From Octopus vulgaris (taxonomy: Eukaryota), in contig OX597814.1 in the NCBI GenBank assembly GCA_951406725.2, forward strand, positions 128,278,001 to 128,342,000: a stretch of 64,000 nt of DNA, read 5' to 3'. Shown here one piece after another: positions 38,605 through 51,239 of this stretch. The notes beneath the pieces were generated by a model. The model made no database searches, was not told where the DNA came from, and saw nothing but the letters and a program-made list of their open reading frames with translations. The translations under genes were made by a program, and so were the position numbers. Position 1 is the first letter of the stretch. Every line of letters starts with the position of its first letter.

Positions 38605-38930
38605 ATATTCTGTTGTGTCTGGGGAGAGTCATTTTTTTTTTCTGTGCCTTATAATGTAACACACTCACCGGTAAAATTTCCACTTATTTTTTATTTTTAT
38701 TTTCCTAAACTTTTTGTTGTGTCTTGCAACCTTTTCAATAGTCTTAAGACTATTGAAAAGGTGGCAAGATGCAATGAAAATTTTAGGAAAATAGACTATT
38801 GAAAAGGTTGCAAGACGCAATGAAAATTTTAGGATAATAAAAATAAGAAATAAGTGGAAATTTTACCAGTGAGTGTGTTAAATCATAAGGCACAAAAAGA
38901 AAATGACTCTCCCCAGACACAACAGAATAT
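38605..38930. repeat. Long fold-back (about 139-bp arms) with partial tandem duplication; Penelope-like inverted terminus
   Basis: 38605-38743 is the reverse complement of 38794-38930; extra partial arm 38748-38793; TTAA centre. Confidence 0.85.
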
Positions 38931-39841
38931 ATTAAAATACTTTCATATTCAAATTATGTATTTTCAATGTTAAGATATGTATTATCAATATTAAAAGTCA
39001 CATTTTAACAAACCAAATTAAATATTTTAAGATACATTAGCACTCAAATTATGTATTAACATCACTAAATATTAACTTTCTAAATATACCAAATAAAATA
39101 TCCTAAAATACTTTTATAGTTAAATTATACACTGTCACAAGCAAATGGTGTTTGAAATTTTACTCAATATTTTTCACCATAGTCAAGGTAGTGACACACC
39201 AGGCAAAATGCTTAATGGCACTTTGTTGTTACATTCTGAGTTCAAATTCTACTAAGGCAGTGAGCTGGCAGAAACGTTAGCACGTCAGGCGAAATGCTTA
39301 GCAGTATTTCGTCTTCTGCTATGTTCTGAGTTCAAATTCCACTGAGGTCGACTTTGTTTTTCATCCTTTCGGGGTCGAATAAATAAGTACCAGTTACGCA
39401 CTGGGATCGATATAATCGACTTAATCTGTTTGTCTGTCCTTGTTTGTCCTCTCTGTGTTTAGCCCCTTGTGGGTAGTAAAGAAATGAGTATTTTATCTGT
39501 TCTTACATTCTGAGTTCAAATTCTGTCAAGGTCGACTTTGTCTTTCATTTTTTGGGGCTGATAAATTAAGTAACAGTTGCATGCTGGGGTCGATCTAATT
39601 GACTGCCCACCTCCCCCAAAATTTCAGGCCTTGTACCTAGAGTAGAAAAGAAATTCTACCAAGGTCAACTTTGCCTTTCATCCTTTTGGGGTTGATAAAA
39701 TAAAGTACCAGTTGAACACTTGGGTTGGTGTAATTGACTTAATCCCACTCCAAACTTGCTGACCTTGTGCCAAAATTCGAAACCAATATTTTCGACCATT
39801 GTTTAGTATGTATTATTTTTCTTGTTTATCACTATTTATAG

Positions 39842-39915
39842 GGGCTAAAGTCAAATGTTCTGGTAATCCTGGCCATGGCTCAAGATTTATTGAAAACACT
39901 GCTGCTGAAAAATTT
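39842..39915 (+). CDS. ACY1: ACY1 exon 9
   Basis: (W)AKVKCSGNPGHGSRFIENTAAEKF; conserved GxPGHxSRF (H210). Confidence 0.96.
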
Positions 39916-41009
39916 GTGAGTAATATCTGTTGCTGTTTGTCTGTCGGGACTAAAGCATCTACAGTTTAGATAACATTAGAATAACATATTAAGGTTTATG
40001 ATACCAACTTTTAGCTTCTCTCTCTCTCTCTCTTGATTAACCCTAATTATCAACATGATTTTCTGCAGGGATTGAATTGCTTCAAATAACATTGGAATAA
40101 CATATTAAGCTTTAATGAAGGTGGTGAACTGGCAGAAACGTTAGCACGTTGGGCGAAATGCTTAGCAGTATTTCTTCTGGCTTTATGTTCTGAGTTCAAA
40201 TTCCGCCGAGGTTGACTTTGCCTTTCATCTTTACTGGGTCAATAAATTAAGTACCTGTTGTATACTGGGGTCGATCTAATTGACTGGAATCCTCCTCTAA
40301 AATTTTGGGCCTTGTACTTAGAGTAGAAAAGAATATCCTCATCATCATCATCATCATCATCGTTTATCGTCCGTTTTCCATGCTAGCATGGGTTGGACGG
40401 TTCGACCGGGGTCTGGGAAGCCAGGAGGCTGCACCAGGCTCCAGTCTGATCTGGCAGTGTTTCTACAGCTTGATGCCCTTCCTAACGCCAACTACTCCGT
40501 AAGTGTAGTGGGTGCTTTTTACGTGCCAGGGGAGGCTGGCAAGCTTTAATGATATCAGCCTCTGTTTTCTTCTTCTTCTCTTGATATTATCTCTGTCCTC
40601 ATCTCAGTTTTTAATCTCCCACAATTTAATTCACTTTTGCTTTTTTCAGTTCTTATGTGTTATCCACAACCAATTTCTCTTCCAATACAAGCAATCCATA
40701 TTTATCAGTAGAATAAACAGTAACTGAGTGCTAGTCTAGACATCATTGTTAAGTTTTTCTTCTGATATATTTTTGTGCTCAAATATTGTCAAAGTTGTAA
40801 TAGGATAAACACTTGCAACATTTTGGGATAGTTGGTTAAACTGAATGACCATATGGCCACTTGGTTTAGCCAACTATCTCTGAGACCAGTAAAATAAAGG
40901 ACCAGTTAAGTACAGGAGTTGATGTAATTGACTGACTCCCCCTTCCCCTCAACATTGCCAAGCTTGTGCCTAAATTAGAAACCATTATTATTATTATTAT
41001 TATTATTAT

Positions 41010-41352
41010 TCTATGTTTGACTTTTGCTTTACATTTGCACAAGCTGGCTCCAAGTCTCACCCAGAGACCTCAAGAGACAACATGTTGGAAGTTCATGTTG
41101 GTGTTACACCTAGGGTGTCATATATTTGGTTTAGTGTTGTACTAATGAATGTCTAAAGAACCATACGAAAATTATGTTTGTTTTAAAACTTGAGATTACG
41201 TAGAAAGTATTTTGCGTAGGATATGAGCAGTTCCCATGAGCACTATCTTTTGAATTTCTGCCATTTTTGGGTTTCCTGGTATCTGAGTTAGGTAGCAATC
41301 AGCCCCTTTTGCTATCATTCCCAGGGCACCTATGACAACAGGTATTGTTTTA
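41010..41352 (-). mobile_element. R4/Dong-clade LINE 3' end within (TAA)n (second decayed copy about 41390-41640)
   Basis: KTIPVVIGALGMIAKG...EIQKIVLMGTAHILRKILST* is the C-terminus of restriction-like-endonuclease LINEs; flanked by (ATT)n. Confidence 0.8.
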
Positions 41353-41684
41353 GTTTATTATTATTATTATTATTATTATTATTTATTCTTTTTATCTCAG
41401 GTTTTGTCGCAACACCTGGAGTCTTACATACATAGCAGGCTTGCTGCCTGCAGCCTGCAACACCATGCTATCTGTTCTTTTCAACTATTTCATACTTTTC
41501 TGATTATTTTGGCTATGTCAAGGAGGAAATCTTTTGTAACAATTCTACTGGGCACTCTATTCCAATTTCCTTTGTATTCCTCTTGATGCCTTCTGATATT
41601 GTCCCTAAGGGACCTTCTTCATTTTCCATAGCTGGGCTAATTTGTACTTATTATTATTATAATTATTATTATTATTATTATTAT

Positions 41685-42239
41685 TGAGTGAGAGAGCAGT
41701 ACATACCATCAAAGTGACACTGGAGTAGAATATACGAAGCCCAATATACCCATTATGACTACCCGTCTGATAAGGGTACATCAGGCACATGCATCACAAC
41801 CATATGTGCGCAACATAGTGGTCTCATATTAAGATAAACAGTGCATGACCTTGCAGGTGGGGCCCAGTTAGAATTTTCTTCTGGTCGAGTAGCCCATCCC
41901 GCTCACTCAAAAGGTTCCTGAATAAGGATTGTTTAAGGATGTTGAACGAACCACGTATGTTTCCAGAGGTGACTTATTCAAACCCCAAAGAATCCCTCTC
42001 AACACATGGCCATGTTGCTCCTCACTACTTCTCATGATCAGAGATGCACATATTGTCAGCCACTAAGGGACATACTCAACTGGTTATGGTCAAACAACTG
42101 ACAAGCAAATCTGTGGTATTGAGCAGAATATTTGCTGTAGCCCATCTTTTATACCAAGACAAAACAATGTACATGATAACACTTCCAATCAGTTAAGATC
42201 AGAAGCCACGAGAGCCACTGTCTGGTACTGCATCAGGGC

Positions 42240-42241
<2 letters not shown>
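41685..42241. mobile_element. Non-coding repeat inserted in (TAA)n; partial copy at about 381-486
   Basis: Its right end (CCCATCTTTT...GGTACTGCATCAG) recurs at 384-486; both copies abut (ATT)n. Confidence 0.65.
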
Positions 42242-42281
<40 letters not shown>

Positions 42282-42431
42282 CATTATTATTATTATTATT
42301 ACTTATGGAGATGTACTTGCATAGCAAGTGACCTAATCTGAGATTGTGTGCTGGAATGAAAACAATTGCAGCATGGAAGGTGTTTATAAGCCATTTAAAA
42401 AACACACAAAAACCGTTAGATTCACTTCAAC

Positions 42432-42579
42432 ATTTAAATTTAATTTGCCAAAATATTTTCATCGCTTTGAGATCGCGACCTGTTCACTGACAAAATTCCG
42501 TGCTGCAGCACGGAATTTTATCAGTGAACAGGTTGCAGTCTGAAAGCGATGAAAATATTTTGGCAAATTAAATTTAAAT
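42432..42579. repeat. Loopless 148-bp near-perfect palindrome
   Basis: Centre CCGTGCTGCAGCACGG; arms ATTTAAATTTAATTTGCCAAAATATTTTCATCGC... Confidence 0.9.
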
Positions 42580-42638
42580 TATTATTATTATTCAGGTAGT
42601 AATAATAGTAATATTTATTGTTTCTATTTTCCTTTCAG

Positions 42639-42688
42639 AGAAACATCATAAATAAACTGTTAAGTTTGCGGGATGAAGAAGAAAAGAA
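42639..42688 (+). CDS. ACY1: ACY1 exon 10
   Basis: RNIINKLLSLRDEEEK(K); ctttcag|...|gtaagc. Confidence 0.93.
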
Positions 42689-44182
42689 GTAAGCAACATT
42701 ATTATTATTATTGGCTCTAGATGGAATGGTAGAATATTAGGGAGTTTTCATAGACTGTGAGGATTAGTGGAGTTAGTGTTCTATTAGTCTCTATGTTTTG
42801 AGTTCATATCTCTCTGACAGGAACCTAATCGTTCATCTTTCTGGAGGTTGATAAAGTACCAGATTTCATATAAAGGATTTTAAGTGCAAATTATAATTGA
42901 AGACTAAGAACACATTGAGTTTCAACAATAGACAAGAAAACATATCCATGTCACGCGAAGTACTTGGTAATCTTGACGTGACTGGTGCTACATAAAAAGC
43001 ACTGGTGATGGTGCCACAGAAAAGGCACCCATACACTTTGTAAAGTGGTTGCAGTAGAAAGGGCGTCCATCAGCAGAAACCATGCCAAGATAGAAAATGG
43101 AACCTGGTGCAGCTCCTGGCCTTGTCAGCTCCTGTCAAACCATCCGACCCATGCCAACAAGGAAAACAGATATTAAATGATGATGAAGTCTAAAATCTTT
43201 TTGTACTAATTAGGGGCACACTAAACAGCAATGTCTACAATATAGTTGTGTACAATTCATCATCATCATCATTGTTGTTTAACGTCCGATTTCCATGCTA
43301 GCATGGGTTGGACAATTTCACTGAGGACTGGCGAACCAGAAGGCTGCACCAGGCTCCAATCTGATCTAGCAGAGTTTCTACAGCTGGATGCCTTTTCCTA
43401 ATGTCAACCACTGTGAGAGTGTACTGGATTCTTTTACGTGCCACCAGCACGAGGGCCAGTCAGGTGGTACTGGCAACGGCCACACTCAAATGGTGTTTTT
43501 TACGTGCCACCTGCACAGGAGCCAGTCCAGCAGCACTGGCAACTACCTCACTCGAATGATTTTTCATGTGTCACTGGCACAAGTGCCAGTAAGGTGACAC
43601 TGGTAATGATCATGCACAAATAATGCTTTTTTATGTGCCACCGGCACAGAAGCCAATCAGCTGCTCTGGCAATGATCACGCTCAGATGGTGCTCTTAGCG
43701 CTCTATTAACATGGATACCAGCCATCAAACTTGATTTCGATTTCGATTTCACTTGCCTCAACAGGTCTTTGCAAGCAGAGTTTAGTGTCCAATGAAGGAA
43801 AGGTATGCATAAGTGGGCTGGTTACACCCCTGGCATAGCCATGAGGTTATGGTCTCACTTGGCTTGCTGGGTCTTCTCAAGCCAGGCCAACACTCAATGT
43901 TAAATATACATTCAAACATCAAAAGGCTTCCACTGCAAAAACTGTTTCTAGAGGGAAATTCTCCTTATAGACAATGTATGAAAAAAATATACCACTGGGC
44001 CATGAATAGTATTATTAGACTACAATACATGTCTTTCTCTATTGTTAGGTTTCATCAGCTATGGCACCAAATCTGTTGTTCATAGCCACTAAGAAGTAGA
44101 AAACCATTTTCTACTGTAACTTTGGAATTTAGATGGTCTTTGTAGAATTTTTTATTCTAAAATAATTTTATTATCTTTGCAG

Positions 44183-44246
44183 GTTAAAATCCAATCCAAA
44201 TCTTGTTCTTGGTGATGTGACCAGTGTAAATTTGACTATGGTTCAG
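44183..44246 (+). CDS. ACY1: ACY1 exon 11
   Basis: LKSNPNLVLGDVTSVNLTMVQ; ttgcag|...|gtaaaa. Confidence 0.95.
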
Positions 44247-45665
44247 GTAAAATTTTAAAGCTTTTATAGTTCACTTCACTGATCTTAACTGGAAATTTGG
44301 CCTCTCAACTGATTTACTGAATATAATTATACTCATCCAGCTCATTTGCCTTATTTTTTTCAGTGTTGATGTAAATATTGTAAAAATGTTTTGATTTATG
44401 GATGAAATTCTGCAGTCTCGGATCTGTCCATGAAGTATAGGCTCATTAAGTCAGAGCTTATTCCAGTGTCCATGACATTTTTTCACGCTGAGAGTTGCTG
44501 AAGCATGGAACAAACTGCCGGCATCGGTTGTTAGTTGTCGGAGCACTGCATCCTTCAAAACTTCCATGCTTCCTGAGATTCGCCAACACTACACTTGATT
44601 TTCTCCCCTCCATACACACACAAGCATGTATCTGACTCATACATTGTTCGCTTTCCAGACATTTCTACATTACTGCATGTACTTTATATGCACTTTCTGA
44701 CAAGTTGTGGTGCACCTGAGCACTGTATACAATAATTTGATTATATTATTATTATTATATAAGTGACCAAATGTAGTCTCCCTTGAACCAGATGTCAGTC
44801 CAGTGTTTGGTTAGCCTACTACAATTTCCTAAGTGGACTGCAGCAACATGAAATAGTGTTTTGCTCAAAAATGGAATGCATTACTTGGTCTGCTAATTGG
44901 AACCTTGACCTTATGATCATGAGTCTAACACTCTGACTATTAGGCCATCTGCCTTCACAAAAGATGAAGCTAACAATATTAAAAGTTACGATTGTACAAA
45001 AGTGTTATCAGTTATATGATGGGTAACTTTTGCCACCCTGAGTAATATCAAGAAATATGGCATTCATACAATAATTATAATTTATGTTGTTTTTGTATTT
45101 AGTTTGCTGGATTCTTGATGTGAATTTATGTGTTGAAACATAGTTTGTTGAAACTCAGGAGAGTCATATGTATTTATTATTGGCGTAATAATTGGCATAT
45201 AGGTGCAGGTGTGGCTGTGTGGTAAGAAGTTTGTTTCCTAACCACATGATTCTGGGTTCAATCCCATTGCATAGCACTTTGAGCAAGTGCCTCCTACTAT
45301 AGCCTTTTGAGTGTACGTGGTACACAGAAAATGTAAAGAAGCCTGTTGTATATATATGTGTGTGTGTGGGGGGTGTATTTGTGTTTGCCCCACCACTACT
45401 TGGCAACTGGTGTTGGTTTGTTTACATTCCCATAACTTAGCAGTTCAGCAAAACAAAGTCTGATAGAATAAGTATCAGACTATAAAGAAAGCACTGGAGT
45501 CAATTTGTTTAAATAAACCCTTAAGGGTAGTGCCCCAGCATGGCTGCTGTCTAATGACTAGAATAGGTAAAAGATAGAAGATAATGACTCTCATGTGATA
45601 CAACAAATTATAATTTCCTGGTGCATATTCAAAATGATGAAATAAATACTAATTTTCAAAAGAAA

Positions 45666-46067
45666 GGTGTAGGAGTGGCTGTGTGGTAAGTAGCTTGCTT
45701 ACAAACCACATGGTTCCAGGTTCAGTCCCACTGCGTGGCAGCTTGGGCAAGTGTCTTCTACTATAGTCTCGGCCTGAACAAAGCCTTGTGAGTGGATTTG
45801 GTAAATGGAAACTGAAAGAAGCCCGTCGTATATATGTATGTGTTTGTGTATCTCTGTTTGTCCCCTCCACCCCAACATCGCTTGACAACCGATGCTGGTG
45901 TGTTTACATCCCTGTAACTTACCAGTCCGGCAAAAGAGACCGATAGAATAAGTACTAGGCTTACAAAGAATAAGTCCTGGGGTTGATTTGCTCAACTAAC
46001 GGTGGTGCTCCAGCATCACCACAGTCAAATGACTGAAACAAGTAAAAGGATAAAGAGTAAAAGAGTA
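45666..46067 (+). mobile_element. SINE family A (older copy at about 45201-45582)
   Basis: Near-identical to 5170-5565. Confidence 0.88.
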
Positions 46068-46236
46068 TTACTCTGAAATAAAATCAAATATAACAAATTT
46101 ATTTGTATATTCACAATAAATACATGTTATTATATCCCTGAATTTGACCAACATATTCAAGGTGGTGCCCCAGCATGGCCGCAGTCTAATGACTGAAACA
46201 AATAAATGATAATTGAAATCTTTTACATGGAAAATC

Positions 46237-46658
46237 TTTACTCTTTTTTACTCTCTTTTACTTGTTTCAGTCATTTGACTGTGGCCATGCTGGAGCACCA
46301 CCTTTAGTTGAGCAAATCGACCCCAGGACTTATTCTTTGTAAGCCTAGTACTTATTCTATCGGTCTCTTTTGCCGGACCGCTAAGGTACGGGGATGTAAA
46401 CACACCAGCATTGGTTGTCAAGCGATGTTGGGGAGACAAACAGAGACAAACAAACATATACACAAACATACACATATATATATACACATATATATGACAG
46501 GCTTCTTTCAGTCTCCGTCAACCAAATCCACTCACACGGTTTTGTTCGTCCCGAGGCTATAGTAGAAGACACTTGACCAAGGTGCCACGCAGTGGGAATG
46601 AATGCGGAACCATGTGGTTGGTAAGCAAGCTATTTACCCCACTACTACTCCTGCACCT
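46237..46658 (-). mobile_element. SINE family A
   Basis: Reverse complement of the family A sequence. Confidence 0.88.
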
Positions 46659-48121
46659 ATCTCTGCAAAATTTCATTTTAAAACTGTAGTTTTTAGAAAA
46701 ATATTTCTTACTTTCAAATAAAAACTCATGGACAGGTTTACAAAGTCAGAAAACAGCACAGCTTCCATGACTTTCGGAAACATTTTTTCACGCTAAGAGT
46801 TACTAAATTATGGAACAAACTGCCGGCATCAGTTGTTAGTTGTTGGTGCACTGCATCCTTCAAAACTTCCATGCTTCCTGAGATTCACCAACACTACACC
46901 TGATTTTCTCTCCTCCATACACACGCAAGCATGTATCTGACTCATACACTGTTCACTTCCCAGACATTTGTACATTACTGCATATGCTTTATACGCACTT
47001 TTGGCAAGTTGTGGTGCACCTGAGCTCTGTATACAATAATTTCATTATTATTATTAAAATCAAACAAAATTTGTATTCGTATATTCATAATAAATACATG
47101 TTATTATTTCTCAAAATTTTATCAACATAATTGAAATTTGTTACATGGAAAAATCTATCTCTGCAAAATTTCATTTTTAAAATGTGTAGTTTTTAGAAAG
47201 TTATCATTGCCTACACACTTATCATTCTCTTCTTATGTTAACTCTCTCTGTGTTTCTATTTTCACTGTCTCCCCTCCTCTCTGTATATGATGTAAAGCAT
47301 GACTAGAGAATTCAACCAACTAGTTGGGGCAAAAGGGTAAGAGTAAAGACTTGCTTCGGTCATGAATGACCATGGGATTGCACCTAGAAAATTCCCCTCC
47401 GAGGTATAAGTCTGGGCAAGGTTGTTTATGGAAGACCAGCAGTCGCCCATGCATACCGGCCTCTCCTTTACATGCCTCCGATGTTATCCAAGGGAAAGGC
47501 AAAGGGGCCGATACAACTTGGTACCAGTGACATCACAACACATTTCTACAGCTGAGTGAACTTGAGAAACGTGAAATAAAGTGTCTTGCTGAAAAACACA
47601 ACATACAGCCTGGTCTGGGAAGTGAACTCACTACCTCATGACTATGAGCCCGACGCTCTAACCACAAAGTCATGCACCTTCACTTCACCAACTAATCAAC
47701 ATTTATGTATATCGGCTATTATTATATAGAGATTTACAATAATTCTTGTCAGAGATTAATTTATTCTAAATAACCGTATCAGTGTCGGGATTGTTGTTTT
47801 ATTCTTTTACCGTTTCTATGGAATGTGATTTGGTTGATTTAGTTCACACTAATCGCTCTACTTTGACATTCGTTTCTTCCTTGTAAAAAAATAACAAAAT
47901 GCTGAAAGGGGTGGGTGGGGGTTTATTAGATCAAAGGGAGATAACTCGACCTATTTCTGTTTGAATATACTGGTTTCTGTATTTTAATATAAACCTAAAC
48001 ACACGTGCACACACGCACGCACGCTTAACACTGTAAATCAGAGTTGCGTGGTTAAGAAAATCGCTTTCCAGTCATGTGGTCTGGAGTTCACTCCATCTGT
48101 GTGACACATTGGACAAGTGTC

Positions 48122-48472
48122 GGATCTTTTCTCTTTGACCGGCAGATTTTTAAAATAATTTCCATGTAACTAAAAAATTTTAAACTTCGTATACTGGTAG
48201 AACGTGTTTATAAAACATCTTTTTTTCTTGGCTTTCTTGAGAAAATTCTGTAGTTTGTAAGATAATTTGTAAGATATTATCTTCAATATTGGTTGAAATT
48301 GCTGAAATTGAAGAAAATATCTTACAAATTATCGTACAAACTACAGAATTTTCTCAAGAAATCCAAGAGAAAAAGATGTTTTATAAACACATTCTACCAG
48401 TATATGAAGTTTTAAATTTTTTAGTTACATGGAAATTATTTTAAAAATCTGCCGGTCAAAGTGAAAAGATCC
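48122..48472. mobile_element. Merlin-like fold-back MITE nested in an old family-A-like SINE
   Basis: About 165-bp TIRs starting GGATCTTTTC; 8-bp TSD CAAGTGTC (48114-48121, 48473-48480). Confidence 0.88.
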
Positions 48473-49217
48473 CAAGTGTCTTATACTATAGCTCTGGGCT
48501 AATCAAAGATTTGTGAGTGAACTTGTAGTTGAAAACTGAAAGGATCCCTTCATGTGTGTGTATAGGCATGTATATTTGTTCATCATTGTCTTGACATCAT
48601 ATGATGGCTGCAAACGAACATCACCATCATACAAGCGCAGTGTCCTTCATTTTCAATCATCATCATCATTTAACGTCCGCTTTCCATGCTAGCATGGGTT
48701 GGACGATTTGACTGAGGACTGGCGAACCAGATGGCTTCACCAAATTTCAATCTCATCTGGCAGAGTTTCTACAGCTGAATGCCCTTCATAAGGCCAACCA
48801 CTCCGAGAGTGTAGTGGGTCCTTTTACGTGCCACCAGCACGAGGGCCAGTCAGGAGGTACTGGCAACGGCCACACTCAAATGATGTTTTTTACGTGCCAC
48901 CTGCACAGGAGCCAGTCCAGCGGCTCTGGCAACGACCTCGCTCAAATGTCTTTTCACGTGCCACCAGCACAAGTGCCAGTAAGGCGACGCTGGTAACGAT
49001 CACGCTTGAATGGTGCTTTTTACGTGCCACCGGCACGGAAGCTAGTTTGTTGCTCTGGCAACAATCACGCTCAGATGGTGCTCTTAGCGCTCCACTAGCA
49101 TGGATGCCAGTCATCAAATTGGATTTAATCTTCCATGGAAACCTGTCTGGTGACAGACAAATGTTTTCTTTATTTATTAGCATGTACGTACAGTATTCTC
49201 ATCTTGGTTGTTGCTTT

Positions 49218-49258
49218 CACTATGTTTCAGCTGTGTATATACCAACTTTCTTCAGGTG
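49218..49258 (-). ncRNA. Hammerhead motif, same family, decayed cleavage site
   Basis: CAC-CTGAAGA-A-AGTTG gtatataca CAGCT-GAAAC-ATA-GTG. Confidence 0.6.
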
Positions 49259-49274
49259 TTTTCTGATTCACCTT

Positions 49275-49388
49275 CAGTGGCGGCTTGTGTAAAGAAACTG
49301 CTGAGAACTGTGCGCTTCACAGTTCCAGCTATGTGGTGTTTGTCTGTTGTGCACATGCTCACATGTCCGAGATAGGAAGCTTCACGCT

Positions 49389-49431
<43 letters not shown>

Positions 49432-49825
49432 TGTGTGAATGACAGGTGAAAGGTAGCGTTTCTTTTTGACTCTGCATGTGTTGTGCTTAAAAACGTGATT
49501 GTATTCTTGAATGTGATAAAGTGTAGAATTAGATTATTATCCTGCTTCCAGCTTCAGTGTTGCTGTCAGGATTTGAAAAGTAGGGCACATTTCCCCACCT
49601 TATTTTGTGATTTAGGTGGGATTTTTGAAAAACAAGTGGGAATTTGCGACGGTCTTAAGTGAACAAATTAAACACACTACTCGGTAGCTAAAACGCGAAT
49701 CAATCAAGTTTATGTATAAATTTTCTTTTTATATGCTTGTTTCCTTTTACACAATATTAAAACAACAGCTAAAAATTTTCTGAAGCAATAATACCCCCAC
49801 TAATTTTATCTATGAGCCACCACTG
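49275..49825. mobile_element. hAT-like MITE
   Basis: TIR CAGTGGCGGCT / AGCCACCACTG; 8-bp TSD TTCACCTT. Confidence 0.85.
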
Positions 49826-50086
49826 TTCACCTTATTACTTGCTTGAGATTCAACTCAGAGCCTCTAGCTACTGATACTGCCTATAAGCACCTCAGAACCT
49901 CTGACAAACTCAGAAACTGTGACACTGCCTACAAGCATGTCACTCTGACATGTTTGTAGGCTGTGTCAGAGTGAATTTTTAAAGCTTATAAACCTCTGTT
50001 TATGTCTTATGTTGGCTCTGTACTTGTTGGATAATACCTAAAAGTTTTGAGTTCAGTCCCAGGCAAAGCTCTAAGGTGAATCGCAA

Positions 50087-50130
50087 GACACCTGTAGAAG
50101 GCTGGTGTGTACAACAGTTGAAACATAGGG
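50087..50130 (+). ncRNA. Degenerate hammerhead motif, same family
   Basis: GACAC-CTGTAGA-A-GGCTG gtgtgtacaa CAGTT-GAAAC-ATA-GGG. Confidence 0.5.
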
Positions 50131-50499
50131 AAATCAAGAACCAAAATGAGGACACCAGTTTGATTAATACATGATATAAATTCCTCATTTCAGAAATATA
50201 GAACTGTAAAGGCTATCTTGTTTGGAAACAGGTGAAGGCTGGTGGCAGGAAGAGCATCCAGCTGTAGAAAATTTGCTTCAGCAAATTATGGCTGATGCAT
50301 GCAAGCATGGAAAAGTAGATGTTAAAATGATGATAATATATGAAGAACTTCTGAACAGTATTGGTCAACTGGTTTACCCAGACTACTGTGCATTGAGATT
50401 GAACCTGGAATATCTGCCTTCAATGCTAGCATGGATTAGACAGTTTAACAGGAGCTGGCCAGGCGGAAGACTACACCAGGCTTTTATGGCTGGATGCTC

Positions 50500-50830
50500 T
50501 TCCTAACGCCAACCATGCAAACATGTAGCTTTTTGTGCACTTTGTTTGCATAAAATAAAGTAATAACAGTAATAACATTTAATAAATGTTGCTTACTGCA
50601 AGTTATGGATGATTCTTTTATGACTTCATTGCTTTCAGGCTTAGCTTGAGGTATTTTGACGCCCGACATCACAAAATGCGTCTGAATAAACATTGCTGAA
50701 CAGCAAATAGAGACTCAGACATTGCTTAGAAAATATTTTTCATTTTTAACCTCGTATATAGTACACACTAGGGATTTTGACCTTTAAATTTTGGGGAAAA
50801 AAATGCGGATTATACTTGAGGATTTACGGT
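50500..50830. mobile_element. Tc1/pogo(Tigger)-like MITE right end
   Basis: Ends GCGGATTATACTTGAGGATTTACGG|TA; left end not identified. Confidence 0.5.
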
Positions 50831-51196
50831 AACCATGTTAAAGTGGCTACAAATATTACTTGTCAGTACAACTATTGCACTGATCTCTTAGAGGGATTTT
50901 AGAACTACTATATATATATATATATAGAAAATGTGTGTACACATATATATGTGTGTGATGGGATTCCATACAGTTTCTTCTTTCACATTTCACCCACAAG
51001 GAGTGTGATTGGTGATACACATCCAATGTGCAATGCAGGGAGATAGATCCTAGAACCACGGGTCTGCAAAGAGAACTTAATCATTCACCCATTTCTCCAT
51101 CCATTAATGTTTTCTTTATTAATATTCTATATTTCGATGGTTTACCTAACTCTTCCATTTCATTATTAATGTGTTCTTTCTTCTTTGTTATTTTAG

Positions 51197-51239
51197 GGTG
51201 GCCAGCAACACAATGTTGTTCCTTCTCAGCTCACTGCTT
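51197..51239 (+). CDS. ACY1: ACY1 exon 12
   Basis: GGQQHNVVPSQLTA (M20 dimerisation-domain GGxxxNVVP); ttttag|...T|gtaagt. Confidence 0.93.

Noticed and set aside
48820-49100. CRISPR-like recurrence of TTTTACGTGCCACC with variable spacers
   Set aside because: Eukaryotic context, no cas genes; spacers are homologous between loci and belong to the RTE-derived family C
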